A model generated the notes under the pieces. That model searched no databases and was not told where the DNA came from. It worked only from the letters and a program-made list of their open reading frames with translations. A stretch of 62,498 nucleotides of DNA, counting the filler, from Choristocarpus tenellus KU-1152 (taxonomy: Eukaryota; Protista; Phaeophyceae): NCBI GenBank assembly GCA_964200185.2. It is 9 parts of 9 records of this genome, joined end to end, with 100 filler letters (N's around TTAATTAATTAA, not from the genome) between each part and the next. Parts side by side here need not be neighbours in the genome. Positions count along the whole stretch, not along the records: positions 19,871 to 26,522 come from CAXNAD020007652.1; positions 26,623 to 30,212 come from CAXNAD020019081.1; positions 30,313 to 33,441 come from CAXNAD020022113.1; positions 33,542 to 53,757 come from CAXNAD020000412.1; 5 more parts are not named here. One strand, written 5' to 3'. Positions 26,030-36,563 of this stretch are shown here, piece after piece (within the stretch, counting starts at the first letter, position 1; the number at the start of each line of letters is the position of its first letter). A program made the translations under genes and the position numbers.

Positions 26030-26480
26030 TTAATCATACTCCTCATACTGTTTCTTAACGACCTTCACCATCTCCTCGATGGACCCAAACCGCTCCCCCA
26101 TCACCCAGCATTTCAAAGACCTGAAGAAGCACAGGTCTACGATATTGAGGTCGTGGGAGTTAGATGGCTGTGTCACAAGCCTAATCGACCACCCCTCAGT
26201 CTTCCCTGCCCCTGACAAGATTTCTGAGTTGCTCTTGCCCGTGCCACGGGCAAGCTGATCGGCGACGTCCTCCCAAAGTCCTCGCATGTAACACTCGGAC
26301 ACTCCAAACTCCGCTGTGAGGGCTGGCCCAATGTGTTGCGAAAGTTTATGCTCACCAGGGATCATCGCGAGGGTGTGCCGCACTGTAAACGCAACCCTGG
26401 TATTCAGGGACACTTGGGCACCCTATGTACGTGGAGGGGTCGATGGGGGGGTTGCCATGCCAACGTTCTGACCCTCGACA
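26030..26480 (-). pseudogene. Internally deleted mariner (DD39D-like) transposase
   Basis: An HTH-like segment (LTAEFGVSECYMRGLW) is fused directly to the third-Asp region GWSIRLVTQPSNSHDLNIVDLCFFRSL (consensus QPPNSPDLNVLDLGFF). Confidence 0.82.
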
Positions 26481-26501
26481 TGCCCAGTTCTGGTCTCAAA
26501 A

Positions 26502-26522
26502 GGGTCAAAGTATCTGGGAGGG
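26502..26522. mobile_element. MITE terminus (A-type) at contig end
   Basis: GGGTCAAAGTATCTGGGAGGG. Confidence 0.75.
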
Positions 26523-26622
26523 NNNNNNNNNNNNNNNNNNNNNNNNNNNNNNNNNNNNNNNNNNNNTTAATTAATTAANNNNNNNNNNNNNNNNNNNNNN
26601 NNNNNNNNNNNNNNNNNNNNNN

Positions 26623-26724
26623 TTCCAAATCCAACCCGTGCGACCCAAATGCCTCAAAAAAGTGAAAATCGAAAAAAGGGTGAAAAACGGACGCCGACAC
26701 CCCCCCCCCAAGATACTTTGACCC
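26623..26724. mobile_element. MITE family C end at contig start
   Basis: GTGAAAAACGGACGCCGACA-C(n)-AAGATACTTTGACCC, shared with 33542-33603. Confidence 0.82.
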
Positions 26725-26730
26725 TAATAT

Positions 26731-28070
26731 TTAAACCAAGCCTCTAAGACTTGGAATGCCAAGCTGGCTTCCATTCTTAAGCGCAATGATTTTGAGATTG
26801 AAATTATCTTATAGGGTACGACTTTTTTCTTGTTTGTCCATTTGGGGCTTGGCTTCCCACGAGTTTCTAATGACATTTTACCTACTCCAGAATGTTTCGG
26901 AGTAGGTAAAATGTATATGTTATGAAAAGGTGTGTCCAGAACAAGGATATTGACATTTCCTAACAAACATGATAGCCAAAATTTCATCAAAATCGGAAAG
27001 TTGGATTTTGGCCCCCAAATGGACGCGACTATACCCTCTAAGATACTTTGAGTCTGAACAGCGTCTGATTGACCCTCGTATCTCTACACTCAAGAGGGAT
27101 AGTGTTGTCAATATAATATTTTCAGTCCATGTAGATGACATGATGATTTCTACTTCTGGTGATGATTGCAATGATCTTTGTGCCTCCCTGAAAGAAAAGT
27201 TCCCCACCAAGAGTCTTGGCTTATTGTCTAAGTTTTCTGGTTGCACTTACACAAGAGACTAGAAGCATGGTACCCTCTGCACCACCCAGACTAACTACAT
27301 TGACAACTTTTGTGAACGATTTTATACCCAATCAACAAGTCCCATCCCTTCTGCCCCTCCCAGAAAGCCAGGAAATAGGGAGGGAGATACTTTATCAGAG
27401 CGTTACCCTTTTGGAGAGGCGATTGTGGGGTTTATTTGGGTCAGTAACATGAGAAGATCAGATGTGACTAATGCAGTGAGAACTGTAGCCTGTCGTTCAC
27501 AACGTTCAAATCAATTGCACTGGAGCGAACTGTGACCAAGTACCTCAAAGGGACATGAGAGTTTGGCTTGACCTACGAGAAAGTAGCAGGACTGAAACTA
27601 GGGGGCTATGCTGATACGGACCTTGCCAACACTTTGACAGACGTTCTGTATCAGGGGAGGCAGTGACGTGTGTGTGTGGGGTCGTAGCCTGACTTAATAT
27701 CTAAGACTAAGGTTATCATTTCACAGTCCATTGCAGAGGCTGAGTGCATGGTCATGGGAGACTGTGTGAAGGATTTGTTTTTGACGGCTGTGTTAGAGTT
27801 TGTACAACCTGATGTTTCTGGATCTTGTTATGTGGTGTATGAGGACAAAACACAGGAGCCATCCATTTGGCTCACTTACCCTTTAAGTTCTGGCAGGACC
27901 AAGCACACACAGATGTGCGACATCATTTCCTGAGGGACTTGGTTGACAAATAGGCAAATACAGATCATTCATGTTAACTCAGTTGAGCAGCATGTAGATG
28001 TGTTGAACAAGCCTCTAGCAGAGGAACCTTTTTGGAGGCATGCCGGGGCTTTGCTGACCTTTGACTATGT
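26731..28070 (+). pseudogene. Ty1/copia reverse transcriptase + RNase H remnant
   Basis: LNQASKTWNAKL...DP...VHVDDMMI (RT). GYADTD, AEAEC, YED, RTKH and VEQHVDVLNKPL (RNase H). Many stops and frameshifts, and interrupted by a MITE. Confidence 0.9.
26796..27054. mobile_element. MITE family B, complete, TGA target duplication, inserted in copia RT
   Basis: GATTGAAATTATCTTATAGGGTA ... TACCCTCTAAGATACTTTGAGTC with TGA on both sides. Removing it restores the RT frame. Confidence 0.92.
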
Positions 28071-28136
28071 TTAGTTGTTTTTCGCTGATTTTTTTATTCT
28101 CTGTGTTCGTTTGGATTTTTCCCATCTATATCGAAG

Positions 28137-28511
28137 AACACTAGTAGTATACATGTAGAGTCAGAATACAAGAGTTACTAGTTGGTTTACCCAGATTTGA
28201 TCTCGTATATGAACAGATAGATAGGAATTGACTCTACTAAGCATGGTGCTTTGAGGTTGTATGGTCGCATCTCTGGTTGAGATTAATCACTCTACAACAT
28301 TTGGCAACATTCCTGTATTTATCTCTTCTATCCATACCTGAGTCTGGGGATACTTCAACACTATTCGCTTCCCTCCTTGATATTAATAATTCCACAACAT
28401 TTTAGCAACATTTCCTTTTCTCGAGGCCTCAGTAATATAGTAGAAGTACTAACTACTCCATACCCTTGTTTATGAATCTTATCCGTACATGCATTGGAGG
28501 ATACTTCAACA
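28137..28511 (+). mobile_element. 3' LTR-like sequence of the copia element plus a second partial LTR end
   Basis: Similar to 18383-18632. It ends GGATACTTCAACA at 28360 and again at 28511, each preceded by ACAACATTT..GCAACATT. Confidence 0.6.
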
Positions 28512-30094
28512 CAATGTGCTCGAAATCAGAGCACGTTGAACTCACCTATCGATGTCTGTGTACACAGCCCTCCTCGCCAGTACCCTGCAAGCTCACACAT
28601 AGACTTCCCTTAGTCGTTTAAAAAGTACTCTTCTTTAGACCACAATCTCATCCTCCTGCTTTGAAGATACGTGCACCTCTCCTTCATCATCATAATTAAA
28701 ATCGTAATCAATTCCAAACTATTCTTTCTCTACCCTAAGCAATAATCAAACGTCATCCGTCGGATATCTGTACACAATCTCTCTTCTAGGGCGCTGTTCC
28801 CTCACAAAAGAAAAAAAGCTGGACGGGTTATAGCTTCAAAGAGGACACAGAAACGAGAAACGGACAAGTCAAGAAAGGGATGAACTAACTTCGCTTAATT
28901 GGGATACGAGAACCAAGAGGGCAAGTTCCAGATTTAACGTCAGCACTAGTTCAAAATCCACATTTTGCATAACGACAGAAGAGTTACCAAAGATCTTACC
29001 TCCTTTTGTTGGGCGGTGCTTTGCAATTTTTTGTCCAAGGCTGTGCAACAACCCTAACGCACCTGAATCACACCCTTAGAATCCGAGTTAGAAAAACTTG
29101 TAATCACGAACGACTTCAACAGGATCGATTTAGGGTAGATAGGTCCATGTCACATGTGTTGCCGCAAAACAATGATGAAGAGAGGTCCATCTGAAGGTCC
29201 CTCAATTAAGGTTGTTGAGGGAGGAAATGTCTACCTACCGAAGGAGAATGAGAAGAGAGGCTTACCCTAAACGGAGATGAGCTCACAATCCAGCATATGT
29301 GGGACCCAACGTAGATCGCCTAACACTGACATCGAAGTTTTTGGGAAGAACCTAGACATAGTCCCGCAAGATATGGTCTGCAACTGCACCACCAACTCGA
29401 AGGAAACCTTGAGAGACGAGATCAGATCAGGTAGCTCCAAAATTAGAAGTCGAATGAAGTGGAGTGCAAAGAAACTAGTAATGATGTAGATGGAAGGGAG
29501 AAGGAGAACGTGACTCCTTGCAAATTCTGCTTGCTCTCGTGATTGATAGAGGGACTTTGGGTGGGAGGGAGGGAGGCGTGGGACTCTCGAAATGGAGGCT
29601 GGGTGTAGAACATGATTCCAACTCGTTGGAAAAGGTGAGTGGAATCCTGCGATCATCGGACGCCGTGTTGACCTAGTTTACGCTCCCAGTTGATCGTTTG
29701 CAACTTGATCGAGAGATTTCTCCAACCACCATTCCTCCTCCTCCTGCAAGTCTTGCCGGGAGCAGGAGTAGAGGAGTTGTGCAAAACGAGGAGGCCAACA
29801 AGGGTACTGTAGGAGTCCCCTACCTGTTGACCTCTAATGTGCACCACGTATTTGTGATGTGTTGTGGTGCCAAATCAGTTGAGGTGTCCCAGAGAAATAA
29901 TATTGAAACTAATTGTAAGATAATATAAACGTTCATATTATGAGAAGGTACTTTTATTTAATGGATGGAGCAATTATTATATGCGCCGCCAGACCTTCCA
30001 CTTACAGTAGGTGCCCCGATTTTGTTCACCCATGGGCATGCCCGAAAAAAGCGGTACAGAATTGATGTGGTACAATATCGTTTTTTTTTTAAAC

Positions 30095-30212
30095 GGGAAA
30101 TCAATTGTGGAATCAACTAATTAATCATGGTAAGCTGGGAAATCAATCGCGGAATCGAGTGATTAATCGTGTTGAGCTGGGAAATCAATCGTCGAAGCGA
30201 CTAATTAGTCGT
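30095..30212 (+). repeat. 42-bp tandem repeat (about 3 units), cut by contig end
   Basis: GGGAAATCAAT.G.GGAATC.A.T.ATTAATC.TG.T.AGCT at 30095, 30137 and 30179. Confidence 0.85.
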
Positions 30213-33054
30213 NNNNNNNNNNNNNNNNNNNNNNNNNNNNNNNNNNNNNNNNNNNNTTAATTAATTAANNNNNNNNNNNNNNNNNNNNNNNNNNNNNNNN
30301 NNNNNNNNNNNNCTTGAATAAATATTTATAACCAGTAGAAGAAGACGTATGTATGTATGTATTGTATAATACAATATGTAGTGTACCATACATTTAAGCA
30401 TGCCAAATCGTTGCCGGCTCCCCTCCTGGGGGGCCCATCTGTCCTTGTACCTTTGGCCTGGTCGAGGTCACTTCCAAATCGTAGCGGTGCCCTCCACAAG
30501 CACCAAAATGTTTTTGACCAAAAATGTATCCCATTCGTAGCGGGGCCCTTCAAAAGTGCCTCAACATTTACAAAACAATATGTATGGGCACTTTCCGTGC
30601 AACATTTTGGGTTAAACTCGTCCTCCATAAAATACTCCATCCTCAATTTTGGCGATCGGCTGTTGCTACATGTTAAGGATCCCGACAAAAATAAAAACTC
30701 CGTAACAATATCGAGAATATGTCATCTTGTCCAATTTTATAATTCCTCTTTCTGTGTCACTTTGTGTGTAAGAAAGGGGAATACCAATTTTTCGTACATA
30801 CTGTGTATATAAAGTAATGAAATACAGTGCAATGCACAGGGCAAGAAACACGGTTTACATTGCAAAAGGATCCAAACCTGCCTACCTCTCAATTGGTTTG
30901 GCTCACTCCAGACTAGAATATGTTCCGTACATGTAGTTTTTGACTTGCAAGATGCATGCATGCATGATGTACGCCTTCAACTGGAGTGTTACCGATCTTA
31001 CGTTTTCCATGTTTTTGCATCAATCGCTATGTAAGGACATAGCATAGCGTCGGGTGTTACCTGTCCACAGTGTCAAGTAGCCTAGCAACCTGGAGCTGGT
31101 TAGATCAGGCGCATATGGAGCCAGTCGATTGAATCGGAGACATGCGCAGTTGGCGCAAGCAGAAGCATGATACGGAAGAGAGTTGCTAATAATGGTGATA
31201 ACCTAGAGCTGACCCAATCCGTGGGATGGAAAGAATATTTTTCTACCTTTGCCCTTACCAACTCTTACTTGAAAGAACTACTACTTGGCATTGACCAGTA
31301 CCATAATCAAAATACACAAAACCCTTCAGTACTCACTGAGGGTCAGGGAGATCCTTCTCAAAAACCAACGCAGCTAAAAGTTTCGTGGTTTTCCATTATA
31401 ATGATCAGAATATTGCTGCTGGGCTGACCGTATGAAGAGAGAAGACAGAATAATCTTAACATTAGAAACTAGAAGACTGCATGGTGTATGTACAAAGACT
31501 ACCAGGGCTCCCAAATACTATCCCTGGAAATGTGACTTGTCACGCTGCGACAAAAAACAAAAAACAAATGTCGGGAAGGAGCCAGTCCAAATAAAATAAC
31601 CACAATCTCAACAGAGAGTAGTAGCTAATTCTGCATATTATATGGCATTTGTGTCACTATTCATCTCCACCCAGCCACTTGGGAGGTGTGTCCGCAAAGT
31701 ACCTGTGTTGACCAGGTGGCCTCCTATAACTGAGCACCCATCAAATGTTCTCAAGTCAGTCTGTGGTAGGGCTGTAGGGTAGGGCAGATGGTAAAGGCAA
31801 CAAATTGACGGATCATTCAAGGCAAGGGGCAAAAGGGCACTGAGTGAAGTGATGCAGGACTTGCTGCACCACTCTAGAAAAAGAAATTTTGGATCTTAAA
31901 CAAAAACAGAACCTGAGGGTGAAAAAGCCGCATTTGATTCTGTCGATGAACTTAAAATTGACAAAACATAGTTTCATCTTTTTAATATTCCTACTCCTGA
32001 AGTGTTGGAATCCACACCAAGCTCCTCCCCTCATGTCATCTGCGGCAATCTCCCAACCCCTCTTGATTCTCAACAGTGCTCCCTCCTATGAATACCTGTG
32101 TTGTACAGCAAGCCTGGCAACACAAAAAAAAATTCTCCTGTCATGCTCCAATTTCTCGTCAGCAATAGAATGCTGGGGATGAAGCACTCATCACAATCTC
32201 TCGAACAAAAGGGAAGGCTATAAAACACATCCTGGATGGATGTTCTGTGTTGTATACATGGCAAGAGCTATTAAACCCAAACACACTCAGCTTCAACAGA
32301 AATGCCATGTCTCACGTTCATGTCATGCACACACACCCAAACACAAAAAAACACAGTTTCACACACAGACACAACCAATATGATTGTTACAACGGGTTTG
32401 GAGAAAAGGGCATGGGCACAGGTAGCAGTCAACAATACAAGAAAGATGGCCCCCACAACAAAGGAATTCACCTTTCCAAAACAGCAATATTTCAAAATAC
32501 ACCTACAACAAAGGCTCAACCTCGCAACTAGTGCTACCTGTAACTTCCATAACCAATGTGCTATCCTTACTCCCAATTTCAAGCAACATTTCCAACTCAA
32601 GTCCTTCATATGTGCAGGCATGTATCCCAGACAGTAATACCTCTTACGACGTTCTCTTTGTGTCTCCCCAACACTGCACCCTAATGCAACACTAATGGAT
32701 ATCAATAGCTTCCATACGCATATGCCTCCTTGGACCCTGCATATGCCCCCAACTTCCTCTCCCAACATATACAATTGTCAGGATCTAATCGCTCTTTTAG
32801 CCCACCCCAACCCGCCCTTGAATAGCTGCAGTCATTCCCTCCTCTGGAGAGCTGCACTGTCATCTGCTGCCAGTCACCTGTGCCAAAGTGCAATATGTCT
32901 AGTTCCCCCCCTCTCCTGTCACAATGTCGTACCATATTTGTGACAATTTCAACTCCCTGCCTTCCTGCAGATTAGGTACTATTGCCCCTGCCTTCTTGAC
33001 CCCACCTGCTGCTCTTCCTGCATGTTGCCTTTTTGTCCCTGCAATGTGTTCTCC

Positions 33055-33441
33055 TCAAAGCTCTCCCTTGATGAGAGGGGCAATGCCGACAGGATCCTCA
33101 CCGAAGACAAAGTACATGCCGGCAAGGATGGCCAAAATGACGACCAACAGGGGAAGTAGCAGCTTCAAGAGTTTCTCAAACAGATAAATCAGGACAGATG
33201 GTGTCCCGATAGAGTCCATGGTGTACCCCATACGCCATACACCTCCATGGAACGAACCATAGGAGAACAGCTGCAGGGGGTTCTTCACAGGGAGGGTGGG
33301 GTTAGAGGGGGTGGCAGGATCGTTCACATCACGCACAAGCAGGGCGCCCATCACCGCATTTGAGGTCTCTTGCTGGAATACCTCCATGGGGGGGAAGTGG
33401 TGCATACCTCCGTAGGCCATGGCAAAGAGTTTGTTCGACAC
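33055..33441 (-). CDS. C-terminal exon of an uncharacterised protein with a C-terminal transmembrane segment
   Basis: Open frame from the contig edge to a stop, with GC-rich codon usage. Motifs AMAYGGMHHF.PMEVF...LFSYGSFHGGVWR, then hydrophobic LLLPLLVVILAILAGMYFVFG. Confidence 0.8.
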   Translation of the reverse strand: MSNKLFAMAYGGMHHFPPMEVFQQETSNAVMGALLVRDVNDPATPSNPTLPVKNPLQLFSYGSFHGGVWRMGYTMDSIGTPSVLIYLFEKLLKLLLPLLVVILAILAGMYFVFGEDPVGIAPLIKGEL

Positions 33442-33541
33442 NNNNNNNNNNNNNNNNNNNNNNNNNNNNNNNNNNNNNNNNNNNNTTAATTAATTAANNN
33501 NNNNNNNNNNNNNNNNNNNNNNNNNNNNNNNNNNNNNNNNN

Positions 33542-33603
33542 CAAATCACACCAAAAAAGTGAAAAACGGACGCCGACACCCCCCCCCGCAGATACTTTGA
33601 CTC
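33542..33603. mobile_element. MITE family C end at contig start
   Basis: GTGAAAAACGGACGCCGACA-C(n)-GCAGATACTTTGACTC. Confidence 0.82.
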
Positions 33604-33879
33604 AGATGAATTATTGAACAATCGACACAGTGTGAATTGTACAACTTGGGGTCATAAATGCAAATCATTATGGAGGAATGCATATCAAGACAAATATTAA
33701 TACTAGCCCCTCACACACTTACACAGGGTTAAACTACTTTAGAGGCATAGCAGCAGTGTACACATAACATTGTAATTACCAACCTTTGATGGAGTGTCGT
33801 AGTATAGCTGGTATTCAGACAAAAAATAGTATTTGGAGAGGTATCATTCCCATTGACGTCAACTGGTACCTTTTTCTGG

Positions 33880-34385
33880 GGTCCTTGTGGCATTGATTTA
33901 TCTTTTTCCCTGATACATCTGCAAAATGTCAGAGGGCAAAAAAAAATATTTGTACATGTTTCACAGATGATGAGTCCTACCAACAAATGTTTGTACATGT
34001 TTTCAAGGCAGGAGTGATGGAACCAATGCGAAAATTACCACCACTGACAACCGACATACGAAATAATATGCAGGTATATCTTTTCAACATTAAAGTTGAG
34101 GGACACCAACATGACACACTACAGACTTCATGTTACCCACGATCCTACTAGGACTTCCACGATGTACTAGTTTAGAAGGGGGGGGCGATAAATGTTTTTA
34201 TTGTCTATAGAACAAGGGAACGAAGTATTGTAGGAAATTAGAGCGATAGTAACCGAAGGTTTGTGTACAGGATTGTTCTTTCCCGTTTTATATACATATT
34301 TGACGAAAACTGTTCCTTTTCAGGAAACCTTGTGATATTGGTTTGGCTTACGGTCCCTGTAACATCTACAAAATATCAGAGGACA
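33880..34385. repeat. Dispersed repeat module (2 copies here, a third inverted at about 61170-61232)
   Basis: CCTGATACATCTGCAAAATGTCAGAGGG at about 33909-33936, a diverged copy at about 34356-34383, and the reverse complement at about 61172-61199 on another contig. Confidence 0.7.
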
Positions 34386-35960
34386 TAATAATATATATAT
34401 ATATATGTGATATTTGAACATCGCAAGATTTGTCCACACTTGTTTTTTCCTATAAATATATATTTTTACTACGTATGCGTTCTTCCTACTAAACCGTAAG
34501 ATTTGTACGCGATTGCTCTTTCCTATTAAATAACTTGATGTTTCCACATCAAGACGAGGTGGAGACAGATCACCAACACAAATTATCTCTCTCAACATAT
34601 TGACAAATCATTTATACATGCTGACAAAATGTTGAGTGGTATCTACAAATCGGTTACATCGACAAATCGGGATTTGCGCGTCATTCCTCAGTTTGAGTTG
34701 TACTCAGTACTAGGCCTACAATGTAGAGCTACACTGCCACCTCTTACCCATATATATATACAACCACGGTGTGGTAGTTCTCCAGAGGACCTATGGCCAC
34801 ACAACACACAAATGCTTCACGCTATACAAAACAAAAACGAGTCAAAGTCAACGGGACGTACCCGGGTTGCGTTTTAAGGAGGCTGAAAATGCTGTGCAAA
34901 AAAAATCGTTTTTTATACAAATGCGTGAGGGAACGTTTCTGAATTATGTGGGAGTTTTTCAAACTTTCTCAAGTCAATCTAAGCACTTTATTCATAGAAG
35001 TAAGGATGGATTGCAAGGATGAAAAACGTGGCTTAAAAATCTGAATGTCCAAAACCTGGGTACCTCTTATTTACGTTCGCCGAAGACTTTTAGAATGCCT
35101 ATGAAGGAATGCTCCCCTTCCTTGAGAGACTGAGAATACATTATGTTTCAATAAAAAGTTAGACATTTGACAAGGCAACGGGGTAGTGAGGAGACAATTG
35201 CTAAAGAGAACCCTTAGATGCTATGTTTGTTAGTATGCCGGAATTTTCCAGAAAGTCATGCTAAGGAGGAGTGATGGTGGAGAGTAGGATGTCGACTTTC
35301 CTCCCTTGCATTGACTGGATTGAACGGTTTGCAATACTCAAGTACTTCGGAGTAGAGAGCAAAATAACATCCACATGAGCGCCTTGGCAATCCTACCAGT
35401 AACTGTAGATACTTACCTCTCTCCACTTCATTTAAGTTTCACCTCCTCAAGACTCCCTTAGTCGTGTTGTCAGTTGTCCTCCAAAGTTTCCACTCGCTCA
35501 GCATCTCAAAAACGCAATTTCTCCACCAAAAGCTTGAATCACAACTCCAAGAACCATTTTGAGTGAGACTATTGTAGAGGGGGGTCGATTTTGGCTTTAT
35601 TAAACCTTTTGCAATATTTTCACCTTGGCTATGCCCGAAGTAGAGTTATCCTCACCATAGGAGGGTGTGACTGTAGAAGAGAAGATTAGCTGTGAACGCA
35701 TTACTAGCTGACAGCGCCCTTCAGAGTGCTAAAAAACATTTACCAGAAGGAGTTATAAGAGTCCTTAAAATCCAAGGACACCCCTCTTAGATGATGTTGC
35801 TCTATAACAACTTCACTGCTTTCGAATTGTATCATCACCTTCACCCTTGCCACCAATCACCCCCAGCAACAAAATCTACCCATATTTCAAGTTTTTCATA
35901 CTCACTTCCATCCTCACCAACATTCCTCTCATGCTCCTACCCTCAAACCTGCCATTGAAG

Positions 35961-36563
35961 CTGGAGCGCCGTGGTTTCTACCGAGTTGAGTACCCTTACA
36001 TCTCTCCTAGCGATCCTATGATCCTGATTCGTGTCCCTGACGGGAGACCAGATAAGGCTACCAAGCAAGCAAATGATGCTGCTGTTGCTGCCGCCACTGC
36101 TGCTACCAAAACTATTGATGCCAATGCACCAATCACTACCGTCAAGAGCATTGCGGATGCAGATGCTGCTGCTTTTAATACTGAGGGGGGGACTGTCTTA
36201 TGTGCCCCCTCATACATCCCTCCTCAATTGGCAGTTAGTTCTGATTTTGTATGTCAATCTACCTTCGCAAAAAGTGCTCCAGGGTCTGTCTCTACCGAAC
36301 AATCTACAGCACTGAACGAGTCCAACACCTGCAATGACTCAAGCATTATGGCAAATAATTCTGATAGTGGTGGGGGAAATTCTGAGATCAGTGGTGCAAG
36401 CGGTGGGACAATGAGCAATAAGAACCAGGAGGACACGCCATTGGCAACAGCAGTTAACAGGTCAGCCGAACCACTGACTGTGAACCATGGGGATAATGGT
36501 GGGAACAAGTCCATTGCTTCATCTGCAGCACGCACCAGCGCTCCCATTGCTCTGAGGTGCTAG
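35961..36563 (+). CDS. Glutamyl-tRNA-synthetase-like C-terminal exon with low-complexity extension
   Basis: After a pyrimidine tract and AAG acceptor: LERRGFYRVEYPYISPSDPMILIRVPDGR, similar to the GluRS/EPRS QLxRRGFFxxDxPY...LIxIPDG terminus. About 170 aa of Ala/Ser/Thr/Asn-rich sequence follows. Confidence 0.6.
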   Translation: MERRGFYRVEYPYISPSDPMILIRVPDGRPDKATKQANDAAVAAATAATKTIDANAPITTVKSIADADAAAFNTEGGTVLCAPSYIPPQLAVSSDFVCQSTFAKSAPGSVSTEQSTALNESNTCNDSSIMANNSDSGGGNSEISGASGGTMSNKNQEDTPLATAVNRSAEPLTVNHGDNGGNKSIASSAARTSAPIALRC

